From Octopus bimaculoides (Eukaryota): a stretch of DNA of 64,000 bases. The stretch lies in contig NC_068997.1 in assembly GCF_001194135.2 (NCBI RefSeq), positions 56,704,596 through 56,768,595 of the forward strand, given 5' to 3'. Positions 11,831 to 24,719 of this stretch are shown piece after piece; position 1 is the first letter of the stretch; each line of letters opens with the position of its first letter. Both the position numbers and the translations under genes were made by a program. A model generated the notes under the pieces. It was not told the DNA's origin. It searched no databases and saw only the letters and a program-made list of their open reading frames with translations.

Positions 11831-12189
11831 AATGATAGACTTGTGAAAACGTAAATGTGTTTCACAAAAACAAAAAAAAAAAAGCTTTGTAAAATACAGG
11901 AATAGGGGGTAATTCAGTTGTTTGACAGTTGGAAATTGTAATTTATTGATTGATATGATCAAGTATCAATAAGAATAAAATATGATAAGAAAAAAAAAAA
12001 GAGAAACCAACCTTAACAAACAATTAGAAGAATAATATATTAAAAATTTTAAACTATTTAAAACTTGAAGTTAATATTATTGAACTTCAGAGGAGAAAGA
12101 GCAACAGACCAAGACTTTGCATGTGTGTGTATTTATATTAACATATATACACACTCATGTTATGTATAGTTTTCTGAATAGATTACTGG

Positions 12190-12509
12190 TACGAGGGTTG
12201 AGGAAAAGTTCATAGGATGATGATGAAGGAGTGATGCTAAAGCAGCGTGATAACTGCATCGTGTCTTTCTGTTCAAAGAAGACTTCAAAATTAACTAGTT
12301 GCATCCTCTCTTGGAAATGGACAAAATTTGGCATCGTGATGTTATCAAGAACATGTAGAAAAAGGTTTTAGCCCCAAGGACACTCATGCTGATTTGTAGG
12401 GGATGATGTTCCAGCTTTACCAATAGGGCAAATGTGAGCAGCTGAATTTAGGAGGTGAAGGGAAATTCTTGGAGACGATCCAATGTCTGGACGTCCTGCA
12501 ACTGCCACA
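12190..12509 (+). mobile_element. Mariner transposon 5' part with a pseudogenised transposase N-terminus
   Basis: TA+CGAGGG terminal repeat start. From ATG 12317: MDKIWHRDVIKNM*KK...KDTHADL..GDDVPALPIGQM*AAEFRR*REILGDDPMSGRPATAT, matching the mariner HTH region and the EDxPRSGRP linker. Has stops, a frameshift and a deletion. Confidence 0.88.
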
Positions 12510-12567
12510 TCCCACATTTCCTTATTGTCCAAAATCAGAAAAAAAAACAATTATTTTCTAGGTCAAT

Positions 12568-12717
12568 AGGCATGGCTGTGAGGTAAAATGTTTGCTTCCT
12601 AACTACATAGTTCTGTGTTCAGTGCCACTGCATGGCACCTTGGGCAAGTGTCTATAGCCTTGGGTCAAACAAAGCTTTGTGAGAGGGTTCAGTAGATAGA
12701 AACTGAAAGAAGCCAGT

Positions 12718-12762
<45 letters not shown>

Positions 12763-12995
12763 GTATGTATGTATGTATATATGGTGGTGGGTCTTTGTCT
12801 CTCACCACTGTTTGACAACTGGTGTTGGTGTGTTTTCATCCCTGAAATTTAATAGTTTGGCAAAAAGAGGCAGAGAGAATAAAGACCACGCTTAAAAAAA
12901 AGTACTGGGATTGATTCGTTCCACTAAAATTCATCAAGGTGGTACCCCAGCATGGGCTGTAGTTTAATGACTTAATCAAGTAAAAGATAAAAAAT
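12568..12995 (+). mobile_element. tRNA-derived SINE family C (CORE-like middle, internal (CA)/(TA) tract, long 3' part)
   Basis: tRNA-like head (ggcatggctgtgaggtaaaatg..gttcagtgccac), then gcaccttgggcaagtgtc (resembles the CORE-SINE domain), an internal microsatellite, and an A-rich end aagtaaaagataaaa. A reverse copy of the head lies at 35187. Confidence 0.75.
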
Positions 12996-13559
12996 AAATC
13001 CGAATTAGTGTGGTTCGTTGTCTCTGGTGTCCTTTCTTGGTAAAAAACCAAACCAAATTTTATGGAAGAAAAGCAGCAGAATCCAAGAATAATAATGGTC
13101 TGTGTTGGTAAATAGTAAAATATGAAGTTCACAATGTGCAATTAAATATTTTGTCATGAGAATGAATGAGGAATTCTAGTGTCTTTGGTAGAAATGCTAG
13201 TCAGAGAGTCAAGAAATGCTATTCAACATTTCTAGTAAATATTTCATCTCTCCTAATAAACAGTTTGGTATGAAGTGTTTGTTTTCTCTTCTTCATAAAA
13301 AGAAAAAAATTGCAAGTTTCATTTTATAATTTTTATCCAATCTACTCCTCCACTGGGTTAAATTTTTTCAAATTATCTACTAAATTCATGCATGATTTAA
13401 AAAAAACCAAAATCTTTTTCAGCTGCTGAAGAGATACTAGAAGTGTACGATTAAATGTGGTTTCTATACTTTCAACAAGTAGGATATTATGAATTGCTCT
13501 AACCTTATTATCATCATCATCATACATAATTTCATATATATTTATTTATTTACTATTAT

Positions 13560-13728
13560 TATATATCTATTTATTTATATATATATATACCTGTATCCTT
13601 ACACATATATATGTATATGTTGGCATATATATATGTATATTTATATATATATGTATGTATGTATGTATACATATGTCTAGATATGTGCAAACACACATGC
13701 ATACACATATGCATGTATGTGCACACAC

Positions 13729-13798
<70 letters not shown>

Positions 13799-13805
13799 GT
13801 ATATA
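13560..13805. repeat. Compound (TA)/(TG)/(CA)n microsatellite block
   Basis: Directly visible. It explains the CVCV and HTHT ORFs. Confidence 0.95.
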
Positions 13806-14607
13806 TGATTTTATGTTTTCTTGTTTTCTCTTCTCTGATTTCCCATCTAAATTCTTTCTCTTGAGCTGTTATAATCCTTAATCATTTCTATCTTCCTTGG
13901 TTGACTTATGTCAGATTTAATAACTTTTTCCCATGATAATCTTGATTTTCATTTATTTCGATATTCATCGACTGTCATATCCATGCCAGTCAGTTTGAAT
14001 CATTTATCTTAATCAGCAGTTCCTATCATCTTCATCTCAGTTTATTTTCTGAAATTTATTGCTCCAGAAACTAATAAACACCAAAGAGAGAAGATTTTTG
14101 TTATTGACGACCCATAAATATATATTGTAAGAAACATCAACTTTGAAAACTATCTTCGTATTCATGACAGAAAATTTCTGTTTATTTTGCAACGATGTCA
14201 GAAGTTCCTCATATATGTTATGATATGGATATCATAGCCTGAAATTGAATCTTGGTAGAATCGTCGAAATACTGGAATCCCTTTTGGCATTCAACAAATG
14301 TTAACCACATTTATCTTCGCATAATGATTTCCCTGGGGTAACACTATTACAAAATTGAAATTCGAATAATATTATCTACTTTGAATATCAGTATCCTTTT
14401 AAAGGGTTTTCGGCAATGCTTCCTTTAAAAACCAGTCTGAGTAATAAGGCCCCTTCATTAAAATAATTCCAGCTGAGGTAGGCCCCATGGACTGCACCAG
14501 TTTGCATTACTGCTTCATTAGATGTTAAATCTATTCAATATTGATAACATTTATGAATGAACTCTGAAGGAATCTTGGTTATTAAATGCAATTCCATCTA
14601 CCAAGTC

Positions 14608-14684
14608 GTTGTTGTTGTTGTTGCTGTGCTTTCATCTGAATCAGCCCTGATCAAGTAGATCTTTAATTAAAGGCTTTGTAGCTG
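14608..14684 (+). repeat. Interspersed repeat family D, short copy
   Basis: (gtt)n followed by tcagccctgatcaagtagatctttaattaaaggc, similar to the start of the 5667 and 58633 copies. Confidence 0.4.
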
Positions 14685-16696
14685 CTGTTTTAGAAGGGTG
14701 GAGAATGATGTTATTTAAGCGCTTTCAACATTCACTTCTCTCAACATTTCTACTTGTTTTGATCAATTAACAAAAAAAAAATGTCCATGTTCCTGTCACA
14801 CTTCATCTGAAAATTATTCAAGGTCTAGAGAAGGACATACCTTTTCAATAGTAATGAATATTTTTGATAAGGTTGGACCTTTAATTTTATCTGCCATGAA
14901 TACTGTACAATTTGTCCAACTGAAAAATTCCAGATCCTGAAAACCACCTTTGACATTTCTTAAGCTGAGATCTGAAGAATGATCTTATTGTCATGAGTGG
15001 CAGAAATTCTTGGAATATCTATGATGCTTAAACATCACAAAAACTTGACTGTAATTGGTTCTAATCAAAACTGGAGAAATATTTCCTCATGTGATCTTTA
15101 ACCTTGGGTGGTATTGTCTTCTACCTCACAATAATCTACAGCTTATCCAACCATAGGATTACCATTAATCAATCAGGACTTATCTTACAACTTTCCTGTG
15201 GAAATCATAACTTCTGTCATCTTTTACATTCATGTGCATTATTATTTGAAAGGTCACATGTATTTGTCTTGTGTTTTTTGATTGGGGGGAAACTCTGAGG
15301 AACAATGGAGGCAAATTACTGGTTATTTTCCAATTTATGTACATGTGCATGTGGGTGTACACCCACATGCACACACACACACATATATATACCTGTACTG
15401 ACTCATATACATGCAAAATGTACACACCCAAACTTACAATCTTATGAGTCTGTATAAAACCCTCAATATTTCCAGCTCATATTTACCGTATTGGATACAG
15501 ATTTGTCAACAAATGTTACAGCATATCAATCTGAAGAAGTCAATAAAAATCAGGATCAATTATTAGCTTGAATATAAAACAACACACAAACACAAGAAAA
15601 AAAAACTATGTAATCTGGCTTGATTGCTAATCCATTTCGCAATCTGTGGAGTTCCTTCCCCTTCACTTCAAGATAGGAATCATTATGTTCTGGATCTGTT
15701 CTGTTGGTAGATTTAATAACTCTTTGCCATCTTCTGTTATTCTATTTTATTCTCTGTCATTAATCAAATTAGACATGTGTAATGGATATTATTAACCTAA
15801 GTGGTTAGTTAATGCTTTATTTGTTGACCTGATATGCAAAGTCAGCATTATCTGCACTTTGGGTCTTCTCATACTGAAGGATTACATTTGATTATGGTTC
15901 AAATTTTTGATTTACTGTGTATATGCTGAGCATATACATACATACATACATACATACATGCACACACACTCACACACACACATACATATATACAATGACA
16001 GAGCTTGTATAGCTGAAGGACTGTGGAGCAAGTTCTCAAAATATTCATTTCTAGAGAGAAGTGCTTGGGTTGGTTTGTATTTCAAGAGATGGGGGCAGGT
16101 GGGGGGGGGTGTTAGATTTTAGTAGATTCATTCGACCACATTACTTCCTTGGGGGTATCTTTTCTCTTACATTTTAAGGGGGACTTGAGAAATGCATTAA
16201 GAATCTAAAGAATTTGCAGATTATGTAGAAATGTTATGCTGTGTGTTATAAGGAATTGTAAAGCAAGCAAAGAAATATTTTACTTTCTTTGAAATAAGAG
16301 AGTAATAATTCAAGATACTGCTTGATGGTACCCTAAAAGGATACCATAGAATATATTCAATGTACATGGATGCATAATGGTGCTTTTGGTAAAGCTAAGT
16401 TTTGCAGAAAACCGTTATGTTTGAATGAGCAAATGCTTTTCTTTACTACTTCCACCATTTCACTGATTTACATTGATCACAACAGTCAACCCATAACTTA
16501 TGAAACTTTGCTTTTCTCACTGATATTTGGATGCATTTAGGGATATATATATGTGTGCGTGTGTATATATATACAGTTGGGGTGGTGTGGTGGGTAATTT
16601 TAATCAGAGGAGATGCAGCATGTGCATTTGTTATGATGAATGTCATGCATAGCATCAACCCTCCACTGAAAATCACTCACACAGATACAGTATACG

Positions 16697-16744
<48 letters not shown>

Positions 16745-18393
16745 GCGTTTGTGTGTGTGTTTATATGTGTGTGCATGTATACACACGCACATATATATGT
16801 ATGCATGTACATGTGTATATATACACACTACATACTATCAGTTAGTATAACTACGGATTCTATTACAGAGTGATGTGGGAATGTCACCAACATTAAAACA
16901 TTTCCAACTCCTTTCGCTCCCCCCCCACTGCCAACTCCTTACTCCAATTACTCTCTAATTCCCCTTAGTGCATTCCTATATCCTAACTCCCTTTTTGCCA
17001 ATATGATTTCATATATCACATTGAGTGTCTCGTAAAAGAGATGTTTATTATTATGGTGTAGGAGGGAGGAAAATATCAAGCATTCTTGGAACGTTTCAGC
17101 AGTTAATGTTCCAGTCTTCTTGCATTTGGAGACCAAATCATGCTGAGTGTTAGTTAGCCAGTTATTCTTGTGGAAATGGTAAATAAAGCTGTTCTATCCT
17201 GGAATGATATCATAATTATCAATTCCAAAAGGATGAGAAGCAACTGGAAAAATTAGGACAACCCTTAAAAAAGGAGATGAAAAAGTGAGAAAATACAGAT
17301 AAAAGGGGAAAAAAAAAACATTTCTCATTTCTTTTATAGAAAAAAATTCTTCTTCATGTAAAAATATCGAAATGGATGTAAAAGAACAAATTAAAAAGAA
17401 AAGAGAAAAATGTTTGAATTAGTTTCTAGGATTGAACCTGCTGCACCAAGTTTATACTTAATTACCATAATGTATCTTTGAATATTTTTCCGCGCTTTCA
17501 CTGGTTTTCTTTTTTTCTACCCGCTCTTTCCTTCTCACCCATAATTTACATCTAAAACAATACATATATATATACTTATACACTCACATACACACACACA
17601 TCACACTACGCACTCATGTTCACACATACAGCAATATATATGTGTGTGTGTGTGCGCACAGTCAATACTAGCAACCATCTTTAGTGAATGAGTTTCTTGT
17701 TTCAAACAAATAAATAATTAATTAGAGAATGTAATAAACCGCAGATGTTATACTTGTATGATTTCAGTTTCACTTCCCACAGCACTATGACTCAAAACTG
17801 GAATGAAGTTTAATTGCTATCAACATTTAATAATCTTTATAAACTATTTATATATGACTTCCAATTAAAAATTATTTGAGAATTTCTGAAAGTGTTTAAT
17901 TAAAGCTTACGGATGTCAGTATACAATAGCTAAAGTCTGTACTTCAATAGACACAAATTTTCTACAAGTGAATCAATGAAATAGTTATGGCAAGGGGGTC
18001 AGAGTTAACATCTTGCTGTTGCTGCTATTAAATTCTAGACTTACACATTTTCGAAGCTTTTCCACTCAAATTCTCTTTTTAAAACAACATTTAGTTTGGA
18101 AGGGAAGGGAGCCCTTCTTTTTTTTTTAACTTTTTTCATCTCTTTCCTTTTTCTTTTTGTTTACAAATTCATCTCTAACCTAAATGGCAATTTGGAATCC
18201 CTTTGATTCTAAGATCGCAGAAATATCAGAACAAGGGAGAAGAATCTTTTGCTCTTGTATTCTTTGTGGTATTCTAAATGCTGGTTGATCTTTCTTTTGT
18301 GTAATGGCCACTTGAAGGATACCATTTATTCTTCAGATAATTTTATGGTATTCTTTACTGGTATCAGATTCATTATATGTGTGTGTATGTGTG

Positions 18394-18434
<41 letters not shown>

Positions 18435-19403
18435 TACTTGTGGATTCTTTTGCTGAAATGCATGACATATTTGAAGTAATATATGTGTATGTATATATAA
18501 TATATATATGTATGTACGTATGCATGTTTTTTTATATTTGTGAATGTGTGTAAAATTGGTTGAAAGTTCATTATGTTTAATATATTTTTTGAAAAAGACT
18601 CCAAAGAAATTCATTTTGAAGTCACTTTTACAGAAAACTGCTAATTTTACCGAAAACCATTAGATTAATCAAATTTTAATTTTTGAAGATAAATGTTATT
18701 TTTATTGGTGAATTCAGCTCTGCTGATGTAAGGAGAAAATTTTTGAAAAATTAATTAATGTGCTCATTAAATATTTAATAATGTTGAAGATCAGTGGCAG
18801 AGGGAGGGGTAGAAAGTCTCATGGAATCTCAAATTTTGAATTCTAATCGTTGTAAAGGTTAAGCTGTTGAACTTCTAACTAAATGGTCGTAAGTGCACTT
18901 CTTACTTCCGCCATTGTTTTCTAACCCTTATTAAGGCCCATATCTTTGTATAACTTTATTAACCACTTTTCCAGCTTTCGGTTTTTTTCTTCTAATCTGC
19001 CCCAGCATGATGACTGGACAGAAAATTAGCTTGCATTCTCTGTAGTGAAGCAGAAGGAAAGGAGTTCATTCCCCGGGAAATCCCAAGGGTCCCATGAATC
19101 AATGTATGAGCACCTGTACAGTCATTTGATTTGCTAGAAATAGCAACTAAATCTACATTGATGATGTAGCTCTTGAAATACAAAACCAAAATGGATATGG
19201 CTAGAACACTATTCATTACTGTTTGTCTTAAAAACTGATAAAATGCCGGAACAAATTTCAACCCAGGCATCTGAAACTCTGAGTTTTATTATGACAACCA
19301 ACTAATTGTCATATATTATATTTATAGATAAATTCCTCTATTTACATAATATAGAAGTCTCATTCATTCTTTTGTTGCCATATTATTATTATTATTATTA
19401 TTA

Positions 19404-19447
<44 letters not shown>

Positions 19448-20207
19448 ATACATTCTTTTATATTCCAACAGCAAAAACAATAATCATTTGTATATTTTTC
19501 ATCTGGAATAATTATTTGATGCACACTTAACCAAAGACAGATCTAGCCACACATGCAAGAATGCACATAGATTCATACAAATGCATGCATATACATGCAT
19601 ATGCACATATCACATATGAATACATACATGTACACATAAATATATGCACATAAACACACATGCTACATGTGCATAAATACACCCACATGCAACTACACAA
19701 TGTATGAATTGATAAATGCTTTTGCAGTTGTATTGAAGTGTGTTGAGGAGAGATATAGTTTTGTAAATGTTGTGATCAAAAAAATGGCTGATGTGAATGG
19801 ATGCAAAAGGAATTGATACATAAAACTGTTGCGATAATTTACATTTGGAAAAGCAGAAAGCTGGGGGGGGGGGGTAAGGCAAGTGTCAAGCATTGTTTTT
19901 ACGAATGGAATCATAGAAAATTAATTGTCAATCCTGCCTTATATGGTAGTTTATTGTTTGAAACAATAAATTTCCATTTCTCGGAATCGGTCGGTGTGAA
20001 TTGATGTTGCTTCCGAGGAAGAGGCTGCAGTGCTCTGCTTAACCATTTCTATGATGGAGAATGGAAGACAGAGAGGAAGAAGAACAAGATGCACCAAGGA
20101 TACATATTTGGTGTGTAGCAGCAGTAGGTGTGTGGAAGGGGGAGGAGGAATTCGTTGATGGAAGGGGGAGGGGCAAAGATAAGTAGATAGAAATAGATAG
20201 AGAGAGA

Positions 20208-20253
<46 letters not shown>

Positions 20254-23200
20254 TTAATTAAGTAACTTAATTTTGTTTGCTTTAAATCATTAATAGCCGG
20301 AATAAAGTGAGTAGTGTTATGAATGGCTGTTATCTCTAAATACATCCACCACTACGTTTGAATATAGAGAACTTGTTCGGAGTAATGGAACCTGATAAAT
20401 AATTGTATATTGGCACAGACATGGCTTATTGATTATTAAAGACCACTTTACTGTTTTGTTATCTGCTTTGTTCTCGATTGCTGTCAAACAAACATGATGA
20501 AGGCTTTTGAGCTAGCTCTATCAGAGAATACTTCAACTGATTGTAGGTTTTATGGTAATTTCTCTTCCACAAATATCACTTATGCAATGGCAGAGCACAA
20601 AATAATCCAACTGTGTGTTCAATGGGTTTTTTCTCTTATTCTTTACTGTCGTTTTTTAATCTCTATTACATTTGTCTTTCTCTATTTTATCAAGCAGGGA
20701 GTAGAAACATTTAATGAAATAAATATAAATTCCTTAAGTTGAGAAATTGTACTGTTTGACTGAGGAAATATCCTGTTCTTTGTTGTTCTTGTAGAGATGT
20801 CCACCATAATAACACAACCGAGTCAGGGATTTAAGTGATAAACCTTTAAATATTTTCTACATATTTTTTCAATAGAACAAACAAAATTATTTAACAAAGG
20901 GAAAATATTAATACTAGAAAAGACTGCACTCCATTTTGAAACATAATGGCTACTTCTATAATGACTGCTTCTATCTATGATTAAACTGAAAAACCTTCAT
21001 AATTCTTTGCCTGGGATTTCCTCAAAGTAAATCAATATTTGTGTTTACTATTTATTTGCATTCTTGAATTGGTTCCATGTGATTGATTGTATGGACAGAC
21101 TGGAACTCTAAGGAAAGAAGAAAGAACTGATTCACATTAGATGTTGTTCTTATTGTTTAGCTGTATGACAGTTTTCAACAAAGCCATTGTGATCATCTGA
21201 TGATGTTCTGTATCAAAAATATACTTTCTAGAACGTCCTTTGTCTTTTCTTTATGATAAAAGGGTGAAACATGACAATGACTTTAGCTTCTATTTTCAGT
21301 TATGAAATAAGCATGCAGAGGCCATCTTATTTATTCTTTTAGAACTTGACTAAAGTATGAAGTTTTCTGCTTGTAACATTTATGGCTGTTGTGTATTTCA
21401 CAACCCATCTAATTTAACATGACATTTAAATAATATTTAAATAATATTTGCATTTAAATTTGCATTTAAATAATATGTAGTTTATAGCTTATGATGTACT
21501 GAGGGATGGCACAGAAACAAAGCAACAACTTACACTGAGGAGATAGTATGCAGCATAGGAGCATGAATAGGGGAACACTGGTGAGAGCTCAAAGGAGAGA
21601 AAAGCTCAGCAGGGCTCTACTAACATATTCAAGTAGAACACAGAGGTTAAGATATTATCTATGCATAGAACTGACATGTCACTTAGACAGATTACAGAGG
21701 TCACACATATAGCAATATATAGACTGAGCCTCAACAGAAAACATGAATGGAGTAACACGGGATACCACCACACCACACAAAACAATGAATAAAGACAGAA
21801 GGGGCAAAAAGAAAAGACATGGGTACAAACATGAGTGAACTGGAGCAACATGAAATAGTAGAAAACAGCAAGGTACTCTACTGGCCCTTTTATCATCCCT
21901 GCTAATTCTTTATCCATAATTGTAGAACTTTTCAGAGAAGATCACCAGAGAAAGGAGTTAAATTTTATATTTATAAGAAAAACACAGACAAATAATCCTG
22001 CATAGTTATTAATAAAATCTTAATAAAAATGGTATATATGCAACACAAATAGGTTTTGGTTCAGATTAAAAAACAAACTAGAAACAGCTTGCATCGAATA
22101 TATTTTAGTTTGGTGTTTTGGAAGAATTGTTTACAAACACTGATGGAATCTGGTACTTCATGGGTTTAGAATGTTGAAACAGTTAAGATGATGATGGTGA
22201 TGATGGTGGTAGCAGTGGTGATGGTGGTAGCAGTGATGATAATGATGACGATGATAATATTGATACGGATAATAATCCTCGAAGCAAGTTAAATAAAGTG
22301 ATGTTATCAAATGCAAGAATATGAGAAGTGACATCTATAAAGAACAACAACAGTAAACAAAAATAAACTATACAAAATGGTAAATCCTTGTAAGATGAAC
22401 CATAAAGTCATAATGGCACTTGCACTGGACTCTGGGAATATTTCTTCGATTCTTGAATATTTCGGTTGTAAACATCAAATGAAGGTATTTAATGTTTTTA
22501 TGATGAAATACTCTACAAGGATAAAACAAACGAAGAACTCATTAACTTTGAAGAATCTGAGATATTCTGGCAGCAAATTGCAGAGATATCAGTGAAGAAT
22601 TTTATTACTGACGTGAAGGGTAGATGGAATTGTGATATCTAGCATTGGAAAGTCTGTTTGGACAAGAAATAATTCTTTGACATTTGCAATTTTAATTCGT
22701 ATGCTAGAACTACGCATGGCAATATATTTGCATGTGTTAAGCATAACTGTATGTGTTTGTATGTGCATGTGTGCTTGTGTGTAGGTATATATATGCATGT
22801 TTGTGCGTGTGTGTATATATATATATATACATACATAAGTATATACATATATATGTATATATACATACATATATGCAAATGTATACATATATATATATGT
22901 ATGTATTTATGTATGAATGTATATATAATCTTTCACTTTGTACGATAACTTAATCTACATTTTATACTTAAATGTATATATTAAATCTCCAATAATTTTC
23001 TGGAAATGTATAAGTTGTAAATCTGTATATGCATTATGTGTGTGAGTCTGTTTCTATGTGACCATGAATGAATGAAAGAGAGAATGAGATAAATAGGGAA
23101 AGAAAGTGGGAGATGAATTATAGTAAATAAAGCCAGCTATATAATCTGTTCCCCATCCCTGCCTATTCACAATTATTTGAATCATCAAATCCAGGCTGAA

Positions 23201-24048
23201 ATGAAACATCAGATATAAAATATTCAAAGTATACATGAAGGGCTATTTTCACAAACATAAAATTGTAGCTGAAGAGGATTCTGATGTTTTTATATTCCTC
23301 ACATTGACCACAGATTTATTTTCTATCTATCAACGACACCGCTTGTACAGTTTTGAGAATACGAAAAGATGAACGTGATAAATGCCACGTTGTTTGGAAA
23401 CGGACGGGGAGAGGGTTTATCTCTTGATTTAAAACTGTGCTGAGATAAAGCAGAGTTTATATCAATGGTACTTAAATGCCTTGTATGATTAATCCAGGCA
23501 ACATGCATCTGCTGGAATTTCAACATACTGAAATTGATAAGGAAGTTGGTAGTAAAATTACATCATTGATATTCATCACATTAAAACTTTGTTTCTGTGA
23601 ACTGTTTTAAAATCTCACCTCATCCCTTACTATATAAATCGAAACATTTAGTTATTGTATATAAATTTATGTTTAGATTGGTACTTTCATGGTTTTACTA
23701 GAAGAGGAAGGGCTCTTCCCATTTTATAAGGTCTTTGAGACTTGTGGTTTGGAAGAGGTAAGTTATTCTCAGATCAAATATCTGGTCTAATAGTTTGAGC
23801 AGAGTGCGCCCTGAAAATGTCTTGTTTATATCGCTTGCAGGAGGCAAATCAATAAAACAATCTTTTCATCCAAAGCTCAGTGTTTCACGAGAGAAATATG
23901 CCTGGTACTTAACTGCTGAAAATGTATGCTTAATAGTGAAGATATTCGTTTCGTCTCTCTTCTATATATGTTTTTAATGATTCTAGTCCAAGCCTCATCC
24001 TTAAATTCTTTGAAAATCGAGGCCTCATAAAAAGAATCCGCACTCACA

Positions 24049-24226
24049 ACACGTAAAAACACCCAATACACTCTGTAAAGTCGTTGGCGTTAGGAAGGGC
24101 AGCCAGCAATAGAAACCATGCCAAAACAGACTATGAAACCTGGTATGCCTCCTGGCCTTGCTAGTTCCTGTCAAACCGTCCGACCGATACCAGCATGGGA
24201 AAGAAACGTTAAATGATGATGATGAT

Positions 24227-24230
<4 letters not shown>
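24049..24230 (+). mobile_element. SINE family B, 5'-truncated
   Basis: ttggcgttaggaagggcagccagc...cagcatgggaaagaaacgttaaatgatgatgat, similar to 11580-11830. Confidence 0.85.
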
Positions 24231-24257
<27 letters not shown>

Positions 24258-24454
24258 AGGAGGAGGAGGAGGAGGAAGAGGGGTAGGAGAAAGTGGATTT
24301 ACTCTCACTGAGAAAATGTTAAATATAGACGTTTTAGAGACAATTGTGTGTTTATCAACTACCATTTGGGAGGTTCCTATTTTTTTCAATCTGACTTCAA
24401 ACATTTCATGATGATACTTACAAAACTTTAATATGAGTGCGAGTCAATTGCATC

Positions 24455-24455
24455 G

Positions 24456-24513
<58 letters not shown>

Positions 24514-24525
24514 CAATCAATCAAA
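24455..24525. repeat. (TCAA)n tetranucleotide microsatellite
   Basis: Directly visible in the sequence. Confidence 0.95.
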
Positions 24526-24682
24526 CAATATGTCTGTCTATCAATCAATAAATTTAACAATATGTCTGTCTATCTATCATCTTTCTATCTATCTACAAAC
24601 ACATAAATGGATACATATTTCTATGGACATACAAATGTATACACACTCACACACACGCACACACACGCACGCACACACGCAC

Positions 24683-24719
<37 letters not shown>

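Noticed and set aside
13950-15230. Coding-like debris on the minus strand (TPGKSLCEDK, GIILMKGPYYSDW, EVMISTGKL) suggesting piggyBac or Helitron
   Set aside because: The motifs point to different families and are too degenerate to assign by eye. A frameshift-aware search is needed.
16948-17260. VSKCKKTGTLTAETFQECL on the minus strand, faintly like pogo/Tigger-type DDE transposases
   Set aside because: A single weak motif with no catalytic residues or termini.
21148-21168. tcttattgtttagctgtatga, which shares its 3' half with miR-9
   Set aside because: The seed differs and there is no complementary star arm.
21560-21900. HKTMNKDRRGKKKRHG, faintly like the CR1 endonuclease R.DR..GGG motif
   Set aside because: One motif only, and the flanking motifs are not convincing.
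22484-22643. Protein-like open frame CFYDEILYKDKTNEELINFEESEIFWQQIAEISVKNFITDVKGRWNCDI*
   Set aside because: Weak splice signals and no recognised family.
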